A stretch of DNA of 64,000 nt, from positions 29,273-93,272 of the forward strand of contig CAZJTZ010000006.1 in the NCBI GenBank assembly GCA_964549105.1, written 5' to 3'. Shown here one piece after another: positions 36,816 to 46,355 of the stretch (within the stretch, counting starts at the first letter, position 1; each line of letters opens with the position of its first letter). Position numbers and translations under genes: made by a program. The notes under the pieces are model-generated. The model saw only the letters and a list, made by a program, of their open reading frames with translations. It ran no database searches and was not told the origin of the DNA. Source of the DNA: an uncultured Nitrospirales bacterium. GTDB taxonomy: Bacteria; Hydrogenedentota; Hydrogenedentia; Hydrogenedentales; Hydrogenedentaceae.

Positions 36816-38132
36816 TTATACCCCAAGTAGATTCTGAACATAAAGGTCATCAATTCCTATATCATTTTCTAAAAATGTTTTTACTTCTTCTTTATCACCA
36901 GGTCTGGAAACCGTTGAGAATCCTTGTTTATCACGGGAAACAAGTAAAATGTTTTCTAATCCTGCGTGCTTTAACACTTCAGGATTATGAGTAGTAACAA
37001 TAATCTGTTTTTTTTGTGAGGCGTCCTTCATCATATCCACTATTTTTGAAATAAGATAAGGGTGTATATTCCGTTCTGGTTCCTCAATAATAGTCAATGT
37101 TTTTTTCTCAAAATATAAAGCAATAATTAGGGCTATTATATTTATTGTTCCATCAGAAATTAAGGGAGCAGGTAAATTCTTTTTCTTAAAATATGTTTCT
37201 TGTAATTTAAAAAGCAAAGATTTGTCCATAACTTGATCTACACCAAGATTACTTATAAATGGTAAAAGGTCCTTCACTAAATTAAAAAGAGTTTGCCTCT
37301 TATCTACATCCTCAGCAATATTTTTAAGAATAATAGATAAGTTACTTCCATCCTCTTCCAATTCTGCCTTTCCAGTAATTGGAGTGGCTTTTTTAGGTAA
37401 TTTTGGGTCAAAATCATATACAGAAATATCACTAAAAGATTTCGCTATTGGCGGTAAAAAGAAAGGCAAATCAAGGAGAAGAGTACTATGTGGTAACTGT
37501 AATTTTCTTATGAAAGAGGGATAAATATCTTCTATTTTTATAGGTGCTTTTTCTGGTTGTAAATTAACCTTGAACTTTCCACTATCAACTGACAGAATGA
37601 TTTCTCCCTCTCCTATTTTTTTTCTTGTTTGTCCTTCAACTTTAATAAATCCACATTTCTGAACTAAACTGTCTTTAACAATATCAAACCCCCTTCCCCC
37701 TTTTTGTTTGCCTTTAAACTTTAACGCAAATTCATAAATTATCTCATATACTTCTATTATATTTTTAAAATTTATTCCTTTACCTTTTTCTGTTCCAACT
37801 GATTGAAAAGGAGCGTTTTGAAAAATATTAATTAAACCTAAACCTTTATTATTTTTCTGTATAAGTTGCCTAACTTTCTGGTCAAAAACAACTCTTAAAG
37901 AAAATTTCTCAGAATTGCCAACATTTATGTTTCCTAGATACTCAACACCTCCTTGCATAGATATTGCATTGTCTAATCCCGAGTTCGCCATGTCACTTAA
38001 AAACTTAAAAATTTGGACAAAATTAGATTTTCCAGAAGCATTAGCACCAATTAGAACATTAAAATTACCGAGTTCTACTTCTAAATCTTTAAAACTCTTA
38101 AAATTTGTTACCCTTATCTTTTTTATGCTCAT
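36816..38132 (-). CDS. AAA_21/AAA_15-family ABC-type ATPase (OLD/AbiLi/PtuA/AriA-like), putative defense-system ATPase
   Basis: N-terminal IRVTNFKSFKDLEVELGNFNVLIGANASGKSN contains a Walker A. SDGTINIIALIIAL is an ABC-signature-like motif. LTIIEEPERNIHP provides Walker B and a D-loop, and IIVTTHNPEVL an H-loop. Confidence 0.8.
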   Translation of the reverse strand: MSIKKIRVTNFKSFKDLEVELGNFNVLIGANASGKSNFVQIFKFLSDMANSGLDNAISMQGGVEYLGNINVGNSEKFSLRVVFDQKVRQLIQKNNKGLGLINIFQNAPFQSVGTEKGKGINFKNIIEVYEIIYEFALKFKGKQKGGRGFDIVKDSLVQKCGFIKVEGQTRKKIGEGEIILSVDSGKFKVNLQPEKAPIKIEDIYPSFIRKLQLPHSTLLLDLPFFLPPIAKSFSDISVYDFDPKLPKKATPITGKAELEEDGSNLSIILKNIAEDVDKRQTLFNLVKDLLPFISNLGVDQVMDKSLLFKLQETYFKKKNLPAPLISDGTINIIALIIALYFEKKTLTIIEEPERNIHPYLISKIVDMMKDASQKKQIIVTTHNPEVLKHAGLENILLVSRDKQGFSTVSRPGDKEEVKTFLENDIGIDDLYVQNLLGV

Positions 38133-38451
38133 AGTTCAACCTCTTTTGATTATCAATTCTATAACTATAACTAAGTTTCCTTGTTTATATTTTCAAAATA
38201 GAACATTATAATTCATTTTGATTATACAGTCTTCTAAATAGATACTTAAACTTAATCTCGTTGCTTTTTTTGTTTTTAATAATCAAGCAATTCTTAATAC
38301 TATTATGATTAGTTTTTTATGTTTTTATATTACATGTTGACAATTAAAGGTATTCCTACCTTAAAATCTTTTAAGGTAGGTAGTCTAATCGGGAATGGGA
38401 TTTATATTATAATGTAGGTTTGTAGAATTGAATTTTAAGAGGAGTTGAGTT

Positions 38452-39762
38452 GTGCTTACGATAGTTTCTGTAATAACTCTGGCAGTTCTAATAGTTTTGT
38501 TGCTTTTTGTTATTTACCAGACCCTTCTTTATAATCGGACAATCAAAAGTTCTCAGGATGTCATTACTGAAATTCGGGATTCCTTGAAGCATATCAACGA
38601 TTCTTTTGCCTCTTTTTCAAGGACTATGCTTGATGAAATCTCGCGAAATCGGACTGAACTATCAACTATTTTAACTTCTACATTAAAAGATACCGCTCAA
38701 ACGCAACTGGGACAATTAAGGATTTTCTCAGAAAACCTTGACCGACTTTCTCAATCCAATTCAGAGAGTCTGTCCAGAATTAATGAAACCCTGAGGACAG
38801 AAATTAATAATTTACAACAGGCAAATGAGAAGAAACTTGAAGAGATGCGGAAGACCGTGGATGAAAAGCTTCAAACCACGCTTGAAAATCGTTTGTCTGA
38901 ATCTTTTAAGACAGTTAGCACACAATTAGAGAGTGTGTATAAGGGTCTGGGTGAGATGAAAAACCTTGCTTCGGATGTGGGTGATTTGAAGCGCGTATTG
39001 ACGAATGTGAAGCAACGAGGTGTGTTCGGTGAACTGCAATTAGAGAACATTCTTGAAGACATATTAACCACAGGACAATATGAAAAGAACGCAACTATTA
39101 AAAAGGGGAATCAGGTTGAGTTTGCCATTAGAATCCCTTCAAAGGATATTGATGACAAGTATATTCTGCTGCCTATTGACTCCAAATTTCCCCGTGAAGA
39201 TTATGAGCGTATTTTGACAGCACAGGAGCGTGCTGACCCTATTGCCCTTGCTGAGGCAGTAAAATCTTTAACTAACCGTATTATTAGTGAAGCAAAGGAC
39301 ATTAATGAAAAATACATAGAACCTCCAAAAACTACGGATTTTGCTATATTGTTTCTTCCAGTAGAAGGGTTGTTTGCGGAGGTATTGCGTATTCCCGGTT
39401 TGTTCGAGCGAATAAGGAAAGATTACAGCGTTATTATCACAGGTCCAACAACTATTACTGCCATTCTCAATAGCCTTCAAATGGGCTTTCGCACCCTTGC
39501 TATTGAAAAGCGTTCTACGGAGGTATGGAAAGTTTTGAGTGCAGTGAAAACGGAATTTACCAAATTTGGTGATTATCTTTTAAAGACCAAACAGAAATTG
39601 GAACAGGCTGCTAATGAAATAGATAATGCACAAAAACGAACCTCAATTATTGACCGCAAGTTAAAAGGTGTAGAAACACTTGACCCAACCGAATCTGCAA
39701 GGGTGTTAGGTTTAGAGGATGAAAACACTTTGGGAAATAATGAAATTAATGGTAAATTATAA
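38452..39762 (+). CDS. rmuC: DNA recombination protein RmuC
   Basis: N-terminal TM, long coiled-coil and C-terminal RmuC nuclease-like domain (LLPIDSKFPREDYERI...FAILFLPVEGLFAEVL...IITGPTT). Confidence 0.85.
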   Translation: MLTIVSVITLAVLIVLLLFVIYQTLLYNRTIKSSQDVITEIRDSLKHINDSFASFSRTMLDEISRNRTELSTILTSTLKDTAQTQLGQLRIFSENLDRLSQSNSESLSRINETLRTEINNLQQANEKKLEEMRKTVDEKLQTTLENRLSESFKTVSTQLESVYKGLGEMKNLASDVGDLKRVLTNVKQRGVFGELQLENILEDILTTGQYEKNATIKKGNQVEFAIRIPSKDIDDKYILLPIDSKFPREDYERILTAQERADPIALAEAVKSLTNRIISEAKDINEKYIEPPKTTDFAILFLPVEGLFAEVLRIPGLFERIRKDYSVIITGPTTITAILNSLQMGFRTLAIEKRSTEVWKVLSAVKTEFTKFGDYLLKTKQKLEQAANEIDNAQKRTSIIDRKLKGVETLDPTESARVLGLEDENTLGNNEINGKL

Positions 39763-39788
39763 AAGTATTGTGATAAAGGAGGTAGATT

Positions 39789-40343
39789 ATGGCTAAAATT
39801 CTTGTTTTATTAGCTCAAGGTTGCGAAGAGATAGAAGCAGTTACACCTATTGACTTACTTAACCGTGCTGGTTTAGAAGTGGTTACGGCCTGTCTGGATG
39901 ATGAAAAAGTTATTCGAGCCAGTCATGGTGCTATCCTCGTGGCACAGAAAAAATTGAGTGAAGTCATAAACGAAGCATGGGATATGGTTGTTCTCCCCGG
40001 TGGCTTGCCTGGTGCTGATTATCTGAGAAATAATCCACAAGTTATCAAACTTGTTAAGGAGATGGCTTCCTCTGGCAAATATGTAGCGGCTATATGTGCT
40101 GCACCTCGTGTTTTGGCGGAGAATGGTCTCCTGAATGGTAAAAAAGCAACGGGTTATCCAGGATTTTTAAAGAAAAACGATTACCCCGAAATTGATATTT
40201 GTGATGAAAAGGTTGTTGTAAGTGATAACATAATCACAGGCAGAGGTCCTGGCGTGGCTATTGACTTTGCCCTGAAACTTATTGAAATATTAGGTGGCGA
40301 AGAATTACGAAATAAGGTGGAAACAAGCCTTGTTCGATACTAA
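39789..40343 (+). CDS. DJ-1/PfpI family protein (YajL/ThiJ-like)
   Basis: Nucleophile-elbow Cys in VAAICAAP, class I GATase-like fold motifs, 184 aa. GGAGG RBS upstream. Confidence 0.85.
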   Translation: MAKILVLLAQGCEEIEAVTPIDLLNRAGLEVVTACLDDEKVIRASHGAILVAQKKLSEVINEAWDMVVLPGGLPGADYLRNNPQVIKLVKEMASSGKYVAAICAAPRVLAENGLLNGKKATGYPGFLKKNDYPEIDICDEKVVVSDNIITGRGPGVAIDFALKLIEILGGEELRNKVETSLVRY

Positions 40344-40360
40344 ATATCGTAGTTAAAAAT

Positions 40361-43195
40361 CTAGTTATTTCCGATATTTTCTACAATATCTCGCTGTGTA
40401 AGTATATGTATATTTGAGGTAAGAGGGAAAGGGACGCCCATCAGACTTGGGAAAATAACCTCTACGAAGGCGCCCGTATATTGTTGTAAAGGAAGGGGTA
40501 TATTTGTCCGATATGACCCTTCTGCCACTTCGGAAAGGTTTTTGCATTTCCAGTCTTTGTTGGTTAAATTGAAAATATCACCTCTCTTGTCTTTGCTGCA
40601 ATACCATACACGGCATTCGATAATCTCTTCACTCACTTTTACTGTGCACTCGCCTGTGGAAGAAAAATCCCAATGAAAAATAGGCATATTCTTTTGTCCC
40701 AGAATACGGTGATAAAACACGCGTAGGGTATCTTTGAAATCGTAGATAGGGGTATGTGTAGATGGCAAAAAATTTAAAAGCATTTGTTGAGGTAAAAACG
40801 CAAATTCTCGAGACAATTGAAGATGGGGACACATTAACCAGGATACAGGTTCAGGTATTTCCGAATTCATCTGTTCAGAAAGGGGTACCAGGTTATAACC
40901 CTGTTCGTTTCCGATGGAAACAACCAGTTTTGGAATTTGCAATGAAGTACGATAGGAATAAGGGTCTATGACTTTTAACAAATTTTCTCCATCTTCCGTT
41001 TCAAGCAAGGGCAAAATCCCTGCGTCATCCATTTCCGCGAACAAAGGAGGGAAACTTATTTCATCCATGAACATTCGTTTTATCTGTTGTTCCAGATGAA
41101 ATGCAGAAGCATTAATAGATACCAATCCGATAACACGAGAATCTACTGAGGGAACCAGCCATGGAACAAAGAACGGTGCATCTCCACATAAAACAAATTC
41201 TTTTAACGGAATTTCAGAACGCAAGTTTTTTAGTAAAAACTCCTGAATAGCATCCATAGCCCGAACCACGGATTTGACCAGTGGACAAAATACAATCCAA
41301 CCCGGGTCGTATGTCTCAAAATACTGTTTCAAACTCCAACTTACAAATTCCGTAGGCTCTAAATTAACGACTTTTGCGGGTGTTTCATAAATCCCAACCT
41401 TGTCCCTTGGAAAACCTTCAAGAATAGCCACTACCGATTTAGAAGAGACGGCAAGAGAAATGAAATAAGGGGAGATTTCGCTCATGGGTGTTTCATTTGT
41501 GGAGAAGCCTTCGGTAAGAACTAACATACCAATATCTTTTACGCGTTGATTGGGTATTATTAATGTTAGCCAATGACGCCACACAGGAGGCACAGTCTTT
41601 TCTGGATGCCAACTCTGAGACACAAAATCGAGAAAATATGCTTTATAGCCTTCCCCTTGTTTTTCTCCATAAACATCAAACCTGTAAGCATTGTCATATT
41701 CTCGTGCAAATTTCATTAAAAACCCGGAATAATCATATTGGCGGACCTTTGGCTGTTCTTTCTCTCCTACTTTATTGCTCTGGATTTTTTCTATGGCTCC
41801 TTCTTTATAATAAAAGGTATAGAGTAAAAAGCCACTTAAGCATAATGAAATAATTGAAATAATAAGCAGAACTACAAACAAAATGTTACTTTTGAGCCTT
41901 GATGGAACCTGTTGAGTTTGACTTGTACTTGTATTAAAAGTATATGAGGTGGGTGTAGGGGTATAAGCCGTTTCCATCATATTAGGAGTTGGAGGAACGG
42001 GGGTTGACGGTAGAACGGTACCTGTTCCGCTTGTAGGTGTGGTCGTATGTAGGGGCATGGGTGTCGGCGTCTGTCTTTGTGCTTGCATACCTGTATTGTA
42101 TGGAGTTTGAAATCCTACGGACTGAGTCACCTGACCAGCCTCAATAGGAGGAGTGCCTCGCTCTGTAATAGGAGGAGGGGAAGGAGTAGCACCTATTTCT
42201 AAATTTTGCAATTTCCTACTATCAGAAGGGGTTATCGGATAACTCGGCGGACTCTCTTTGGGTTGAGGTGTAAATTCAGGTGTTATTAGAACCTCTTCCG
42301 TTAATACCATGGTCCTCTGTTCCACAGGGGTCATTTCACCTGACTCCCGTTTTAACAAATCTGCCTTAATCTCACGGAGTCGGTCTGCTACTTCCTTACC
42401 CGAAACAGGTCTACCTTCTGGATTTTTCAGGAGACACTGAGAAACAAGTTTTTCAAGTGCCACCGGTAAATCAGGATTTATCAATCGAACCGGTGTCGGG
42501 GGGGTATCTGTATGTTGCCTCATTAACGCAAGATAATTCTCAGCCTCAAAAGGTAAACTTCCTGTAAACAGGAAATATAAAACCACGCCCAGCGAATATA
42601 TATCCGATTGCGGAGTCGCCTCTTTACCTAAACACTGCTCCGGAGACATATATGCTGGTGTCCCTAAAACATTATGTTCACCTGTTAAAGGGGTCAGTGA
42701 TGTATCGCGTAAGCGTGCAAGATTAAAATCAGTCAATTTAACATTGCCCTGCTCATCTACAAGAATATTTGCAGGTTTTACATCACGATGAACAATATCC
42801 GCTTGATGGGCAAGATATAATGCTTCGGCTATTTGTATGCCAATATCTATCCGTTCAACCAGAGAAAGATTGGGATTATCCCGCATAAATCGGTCTAAAT
42901 TTTTCCCCTGCACATATTCCATTACAAGAGCCAATCGCTGATTTTCCTCGACAATATCATAAATCTGAACGATACCCGGATAATTCAGCCGTGCTGCACT
43001 TTGCGCCTCCCGTAAAAAACGAGCCACGCGGCTTGGCTCCGAAGAATGTTGAGGATGCAATACCTTAATGGCAACCTCACGCTTCAATCGAGGGTCAAAA
43101 CCGCGGTAGACAACACCAAAACCACCTTCAGCAATCCGCTCTTCTACCTGATAAACGCCAATTTTTGGAGGTATATCTCCTGGTTTACTTGACAC
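40361..43195 (-). CDS. Hanks-type Ser/Thr protein kinase with Pro/Thr-rich linker, one TM and about 480-aa extracytoplasmic C-terminal domain of unknown function
   Basis: EGGFGVVYRG, AIKVL, HRDVKPANILV, DFNLARL and SPEQ kinase subdomains. PT-rich low-complexity stretch. TM segment ILFVVLLIISIISLCLSGFLLYTFY. Confidence 0.8.
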   Translation of the reverse strand: MSSKPGDIPPKIGVYQVEERIAEGGFGVVYRGFDPRLKREVAIKVLHPQHSSEPSRVARFLREAQSAARLNYPGIVQIYDIVEENQRLALVMEYVQGKNLDRFMRDNPNLSLVERIDIGIQIAEALYLAHQADIVHRDVKPANILVDEQGNVKLTDFNLARLRDTSLTPLTGEHNVLGTPAYMSPEQCLGKEATPQSDIYSLGVVLYFLFTGSLPFEAENYLALMRQHTDTPPTPVRLINPDLPVALEKLVSQCLLKNPEGRPVSGKEVADRLREIKADLLKRESGEMTPVEQRTMVLTEEVLITPEFTPQPKESPPSYPITPSDSRKLQNLEIGATPSPPPITERGTPPIEAGQVTQSVGFQTPYNTGMQAQRQTPTPMPLHTTTPTSGTGTVLPSTPVPPTPNMMETAYTPTPTSYTFNTSTSQTQQVPSRLKSNILFVVLLIISIISLCLSGFLLYTFYYKEGAIEKIQSNKVGEKEQPKVRQYDYSGFLMKFAREYDNAYRFDVYGEKQGEGYKAYFLDFVSQSWHPEKTVPPVWRHWLTLIIPNQRVKDIGMLVLTEGFSTNETPMSEISPYFISLAVSSKSVVAILEGFPRDKVGIYETPAKVVNLEPTEFVSWSLKQYFETYDPGWIVFCPLVKSVVRAMDAIQEFLLKNLRSEIPLKEFVLCGDAPFFVPWLVPSVDSRVIGLVSINASAFHLEQQIKRMFMDEISFPPLFAEMDDAGILPLLETEDGENLLKVIDPYSYRTSLQIPKLVVSIGNEQGYNLVPLSEQMNSEIPEPVSWLMCPHLQLSREFAFLPQQMLLNFLPSTHTPIYDFKDTLRVFYHRILGQKNMPIFHWDFSSTGECTVKVSEEIIECRVWYCSKDKRGDIFNLTNKDWKCKNLSEVAEGSYRTNIPLPLQQYTGAFVEVIFPSLMGVPFPLTSNIHILTQRDIVENIGNN

Positions 43196-43398
43196 TTTTT
43201 TTCCTGTTTGAGTTCTTAGTGTTTATAACAAATTATGATAACAATATACCTTTTCTAACTACCACATTCCAAACAAAATAAGAATGAATTGTTCCTTTTT
43301 AAAATACCTGAACACAAAAAATAGTTCTTTTAAGTTTCAAAAAACTTCACTTTATTATAATTATTAATAAATTTTTTATTATTGTCTAATAATAAGTT

Positions 43399-43439
43399 AA
43401 GAAAAAGATTTCTTGCTACGCTCGAAATGACAAAGGCGG
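43399..43439 (+). repeat. Dispersed repeat copy B (~46 bp), plus orientation, in the 690-bp non-coding leader between kinase and cydA
   Basis: gttaagaaaaagatttcttgctacgctcgaaatgacaaagg matches the reverse complement of 35209..35249. Confidence 0.5.
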
Positions 43440-43899
43440 ATTTCTCTCAAAGGTATCATAAAACTGGGGCTGTCTAAAAAGCCTGAAAAAGTAAAGGTGG
43501 AGCGTTATGCACCCTTTTGGTGAAGGCATAGAAACACCTATTTAAGAGTATAAATAGTACATACATCCCTCTCTTTGTGTCTTCCACCCTTACAACGATA
43601 TGAAAATATCCATACAAAGAAGGTATTTTTTACATGTCTTGTATTATCTATTACAATGTTTTAAAATTCTTTTGTTACTTTATATCGGACAACAGTTACG
43701 GGTAATATAAAAGATTATTTACAAAGAAATAGAAAAAGATTATATCTTGTTTTAGTAATAAAATTTAATTTTAAGATTTGTTCGATGGAGAAATAATCTA
43801 TTGTTTGTAAGGGACTGTGTATTTTGTTGATAAGTAGGTTATTTTATAAATACAATTTATATATGGATTTAATTTTAATTTTTGGAGGAGTACACTTTT

Positions 43900-45237
43900 A
43901 TGTTTAGTGATGCCCTTATGTTAGCCCGGATTCAGTTTGCTTTAACGGCTATGTTTCATTATCTTTATCCACCGTTGACAATTGGTCTGGGCTGGATTTT
44001 AGTTTACTTTTCTTATAAGCGACTGAAGACAGAAGATGAATTGTATGATAAAATGGCACGCTTCTGGACAAATATTTTTGCCATAACTTTTGCGATGGGT
44101 GTAACAACAGGCATTGTAATGGAGTTTGAGTTTGGCACGAATTGGTCGGAGTATTCTCGATTTGTAGGGGATGTGTTTGGTTCTCCATTGGCGGCAGAAG
44201 CCTTGATTTCGTTCTTTCTTGAATCTACCTTTTTGGGTATACTGGTATTTGGCTGGAATCGTGTATCAAAACGAGCACATTTTTTCTCAACAGTTATGGT
44301 TGCCTTAGGTGCTACTTTGTCGGCGTTGTGGATTATTGTTGCTAATTCATGGCAGCAAACACCTGCGGGTTTTCACATTGTAGATACGCCATTGGGACCC
44401 CGCGCTGAGGTTATCAGTTTCTGGCAAATGTTTTTCAATCCTTCAACTATCGGTAGGTATAGCCATGTAGTAGTGAGTGCTATGTTAACTGCTGCCTTTT
44501 TTGTGATGAGTATCTCTGCTTATTATATTTTGAAAAGGAAGCATGAGGAATTTGCACGGCGTTCGTTTAAGGTGGCATTAGTTTTTGGGATTATATCTGC
44601 ATATCTTATATTATTAGCAGGGCATCATCAGGCTATTACTGTATCAAGGCATCAACCCACAAAGTTAGCCGCTTTTGAAGGACATTTCAAGACAACAGAA
44701 GGTGGAACACCTTTTTATTTGTTTGGCATCCCCAACGAAAAGGAAAAACGCGTTGATTATGGGATTACCATTCCTGGTTTTTTAAGTTTTCTTGTGTATT
44801 TTGATTTTAACAAACCCGTAACAGCACTTGACCAGTTTCCGTTAGAGGACCAGCCACCTGTCACACTACCCTTTTTTAGTTTTCATTTGATGTCAGTTCT
44901 GGGTATGTTCTTTATAGGACTGACTACCCTCTTATTATTTCTGTGGTGGTGGGGAAAATTGTTTGATTACCATTGGTTGCTATGGATTACTGTTCTTTCC
45001 CTTCCTCTACCATATATCGCAAATATGGTAGGCTGGATTGCTGCTGAGGTAGGGCGTCAACCGTGGGTTGTGCAGGGCATACTACGGACACAGGACGGGG
45101 TATCGCCAGGTGTATCGGCAAGTCAAGTATTAGGCTCTATGCTTATGTTCACTGCGATTTATACCCTATTCTTTATCTTATACATATTTATTTTGTGTGA
45201 TAAAATTAGGAAAGGGCCGGAAGCCATACATCATTAA
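43900..45237 (+). CDS. cydA: Cytochrome bd ubiquinol oxidase subunit I
   Basis: MFSDALMLARIQFALTAMFHYLYPPLTIGLG is a conserved CydA N-terminus, and a Q-loop follows. The ATG at 43900 has a GGAGGAG Shine-Dalgarno 9 nt upstream and is preferred over the TTG at 43882. Confidence 0.9.
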   Translation: MFSDALMLARIQFALTAMFHYLYPPLTIGLGWILVYFSYKRLKTEDELYDKMARFWTNIFAITFAMGVTTGIVMEFEFGTNWSEYSRFVGDVFGSPLAAEALISFFLESTFLGILVFGWNRVSKRAHFFSTVMVALGATLSALWIIVANSWQQTPAGFHIVDTPLGPRAEVISFWQMFFNPSTIGRYSHVVVSAMLTAAFFVMSISAYYILKRKHEEFARRSFKVALVFGIISAYLILLAGHHQAITVSRHQPTKLAAFEGHFKTTEGGTPFYLFGIPNEKEKRVDYGITIPGFLSFLVYFDFNKPVTALDQFPLEDQPPVTLPFFSFHLMSVLGMFFIGLTTLLLFLWWWGKLFDYHWLLWITVLSLPLPYIANMVGWIAAEVGRQPWVVQGILRTQDGVSPGVSASQVLGSMLMFTAIYTLFFILYIFILCDKIRKGPEAIHH

Positions 45238-45265
45238 ACCTTATTGACAATAGGAGTTCTTATCT

Positions 45266-46270
45266 ATGCTGCTTAATTTGATTTGGTTTGTCTTGATGTC
45301 CGTGTTACTTATAGCATACGCAATTTTGGAGGGGTTTGATTTAGGTGTGGGCATTTTGCACTTGTTTACACGGAAAGAGGAGCATCGTCGAATTTTGATG
45401 AATGCCATTGGTCCTGTCTGGGATGGGAATGAAGTCTGGCTTATTACTTTTGGGGGTGCTCTATTTGCAGCGTTTCCAACGGCTTACGCTACTGTGTTTT
45501 CCGCTTTTTATACTCCATTCATGATGTTGCTATGTGTGCTTATATTTCGTGCTGCGTCTCTGGAATTTAGAGATAAGGTAGAATCTACTGCATGGCGAGG
45601 TGTATGGGATGTACTCTTTTCACTTTCCAGTCTTGTAGCCACTTTACTTTTAGGTGTTGCAAGTGGGAATGCGTTAAAAGGCATTGCAATCAATGAAAAA
45701 GGTATATTTCAGGGGAATTTCTTTTCTTTCTTGAATCCGCTTGGCATTACAACGGGACTTTTTGTCATATTCCTGTTTGCTTTGCAAGGTTCACTCTATC
45801 TTCAACTTAAAACCGAAGGCGAGCTCAACTATCAAATGAAGCAGACTTCAAAAGTTTTAAGTTTTATAGTGCTTGTCCTGTTTGCAATTCTGACCTGGAT
45901 TAGTTTTTCTACAGCATCATGGACAAGACCTAATTTAACTAATTCCATTCCTGGCTTACTTGCTATTCTGATGTTAGCCCTGACATTATGGCTCTGCTGG
46001 AAAGAGAAAGGGACAAAGGCTTTTTTTGCGAATACGGGATTTATCGCATTTGTAATTATTGTATTTGCTTTTGATATGTTCCCCTACCTTATTCGTTCCT
46101 CATTAGACCCCTCGTTCAGTCTGGACATTTATAATTCTGCGTCCAGCCAAAAGACATTAGCCATTATGTTGGGTATGGTCCTTGCAGTTCTACCAATTAT
46201 CCTTATTTACACGGGCTATGTTTATTGGGTATTCCGTGGACCTGTTAAGTTAGACGAGACTTCCTATTAG
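45266..46270 (+). CDS. cydB: Cytochrome bd ubiquinol oxidase subunit II
   Basis: Polytopic membrane protein immediately downstream of cydA, with the CydB-typical N-terminus LxxxWFxLxxxLLxxYAILDGFDLGVG. Confidence 0.85.
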   Translation: MLLNLIWFVLMSVLLIAYAILEGFDLGVGILHLFTRKEEHRRILMNAIGPVWDGNEVWLITFGGALFAAFPTAYATVFSAFYTPFMMLLCVLIFRAASLEFRDKVESTAWRGVWDVLFSLSSLVATLLLGVASGNALKGIAINEKGIFQGNFFSFLNPLGITTGLFVIFLFALQGSLYLQLKTEGELNYQMKQTSKVLSFIVLVLFAILTWISFSTASWTRPNLTNSIPGLLAILMLALTLWLCWKEKGTKAFFANTGFIAFVIIVFAFDMFPYLIRSSLDPSFSLDIYNSASSQKTLAIMLGMVLAVLPIILIYTGYVYWVFRGPVKLDETSY

Positions 46271-46355
46271 GTCAGGTTTAAATTTATGTCTCTAAACAGG
46301 TAAGATATGTAGTAATTGAACTGGATATAAAAGTAAAAGATAGGAGCGATAAATT

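Noticed and set aside
43882-43899. TTG start for cydA proposed by the ORF track
   Set aside because: The ATG at 43900 has a GGAGGAG Shine-Dalgarno 9 nt upstream and yields the conserved CydA N-terminus MFSDALML.
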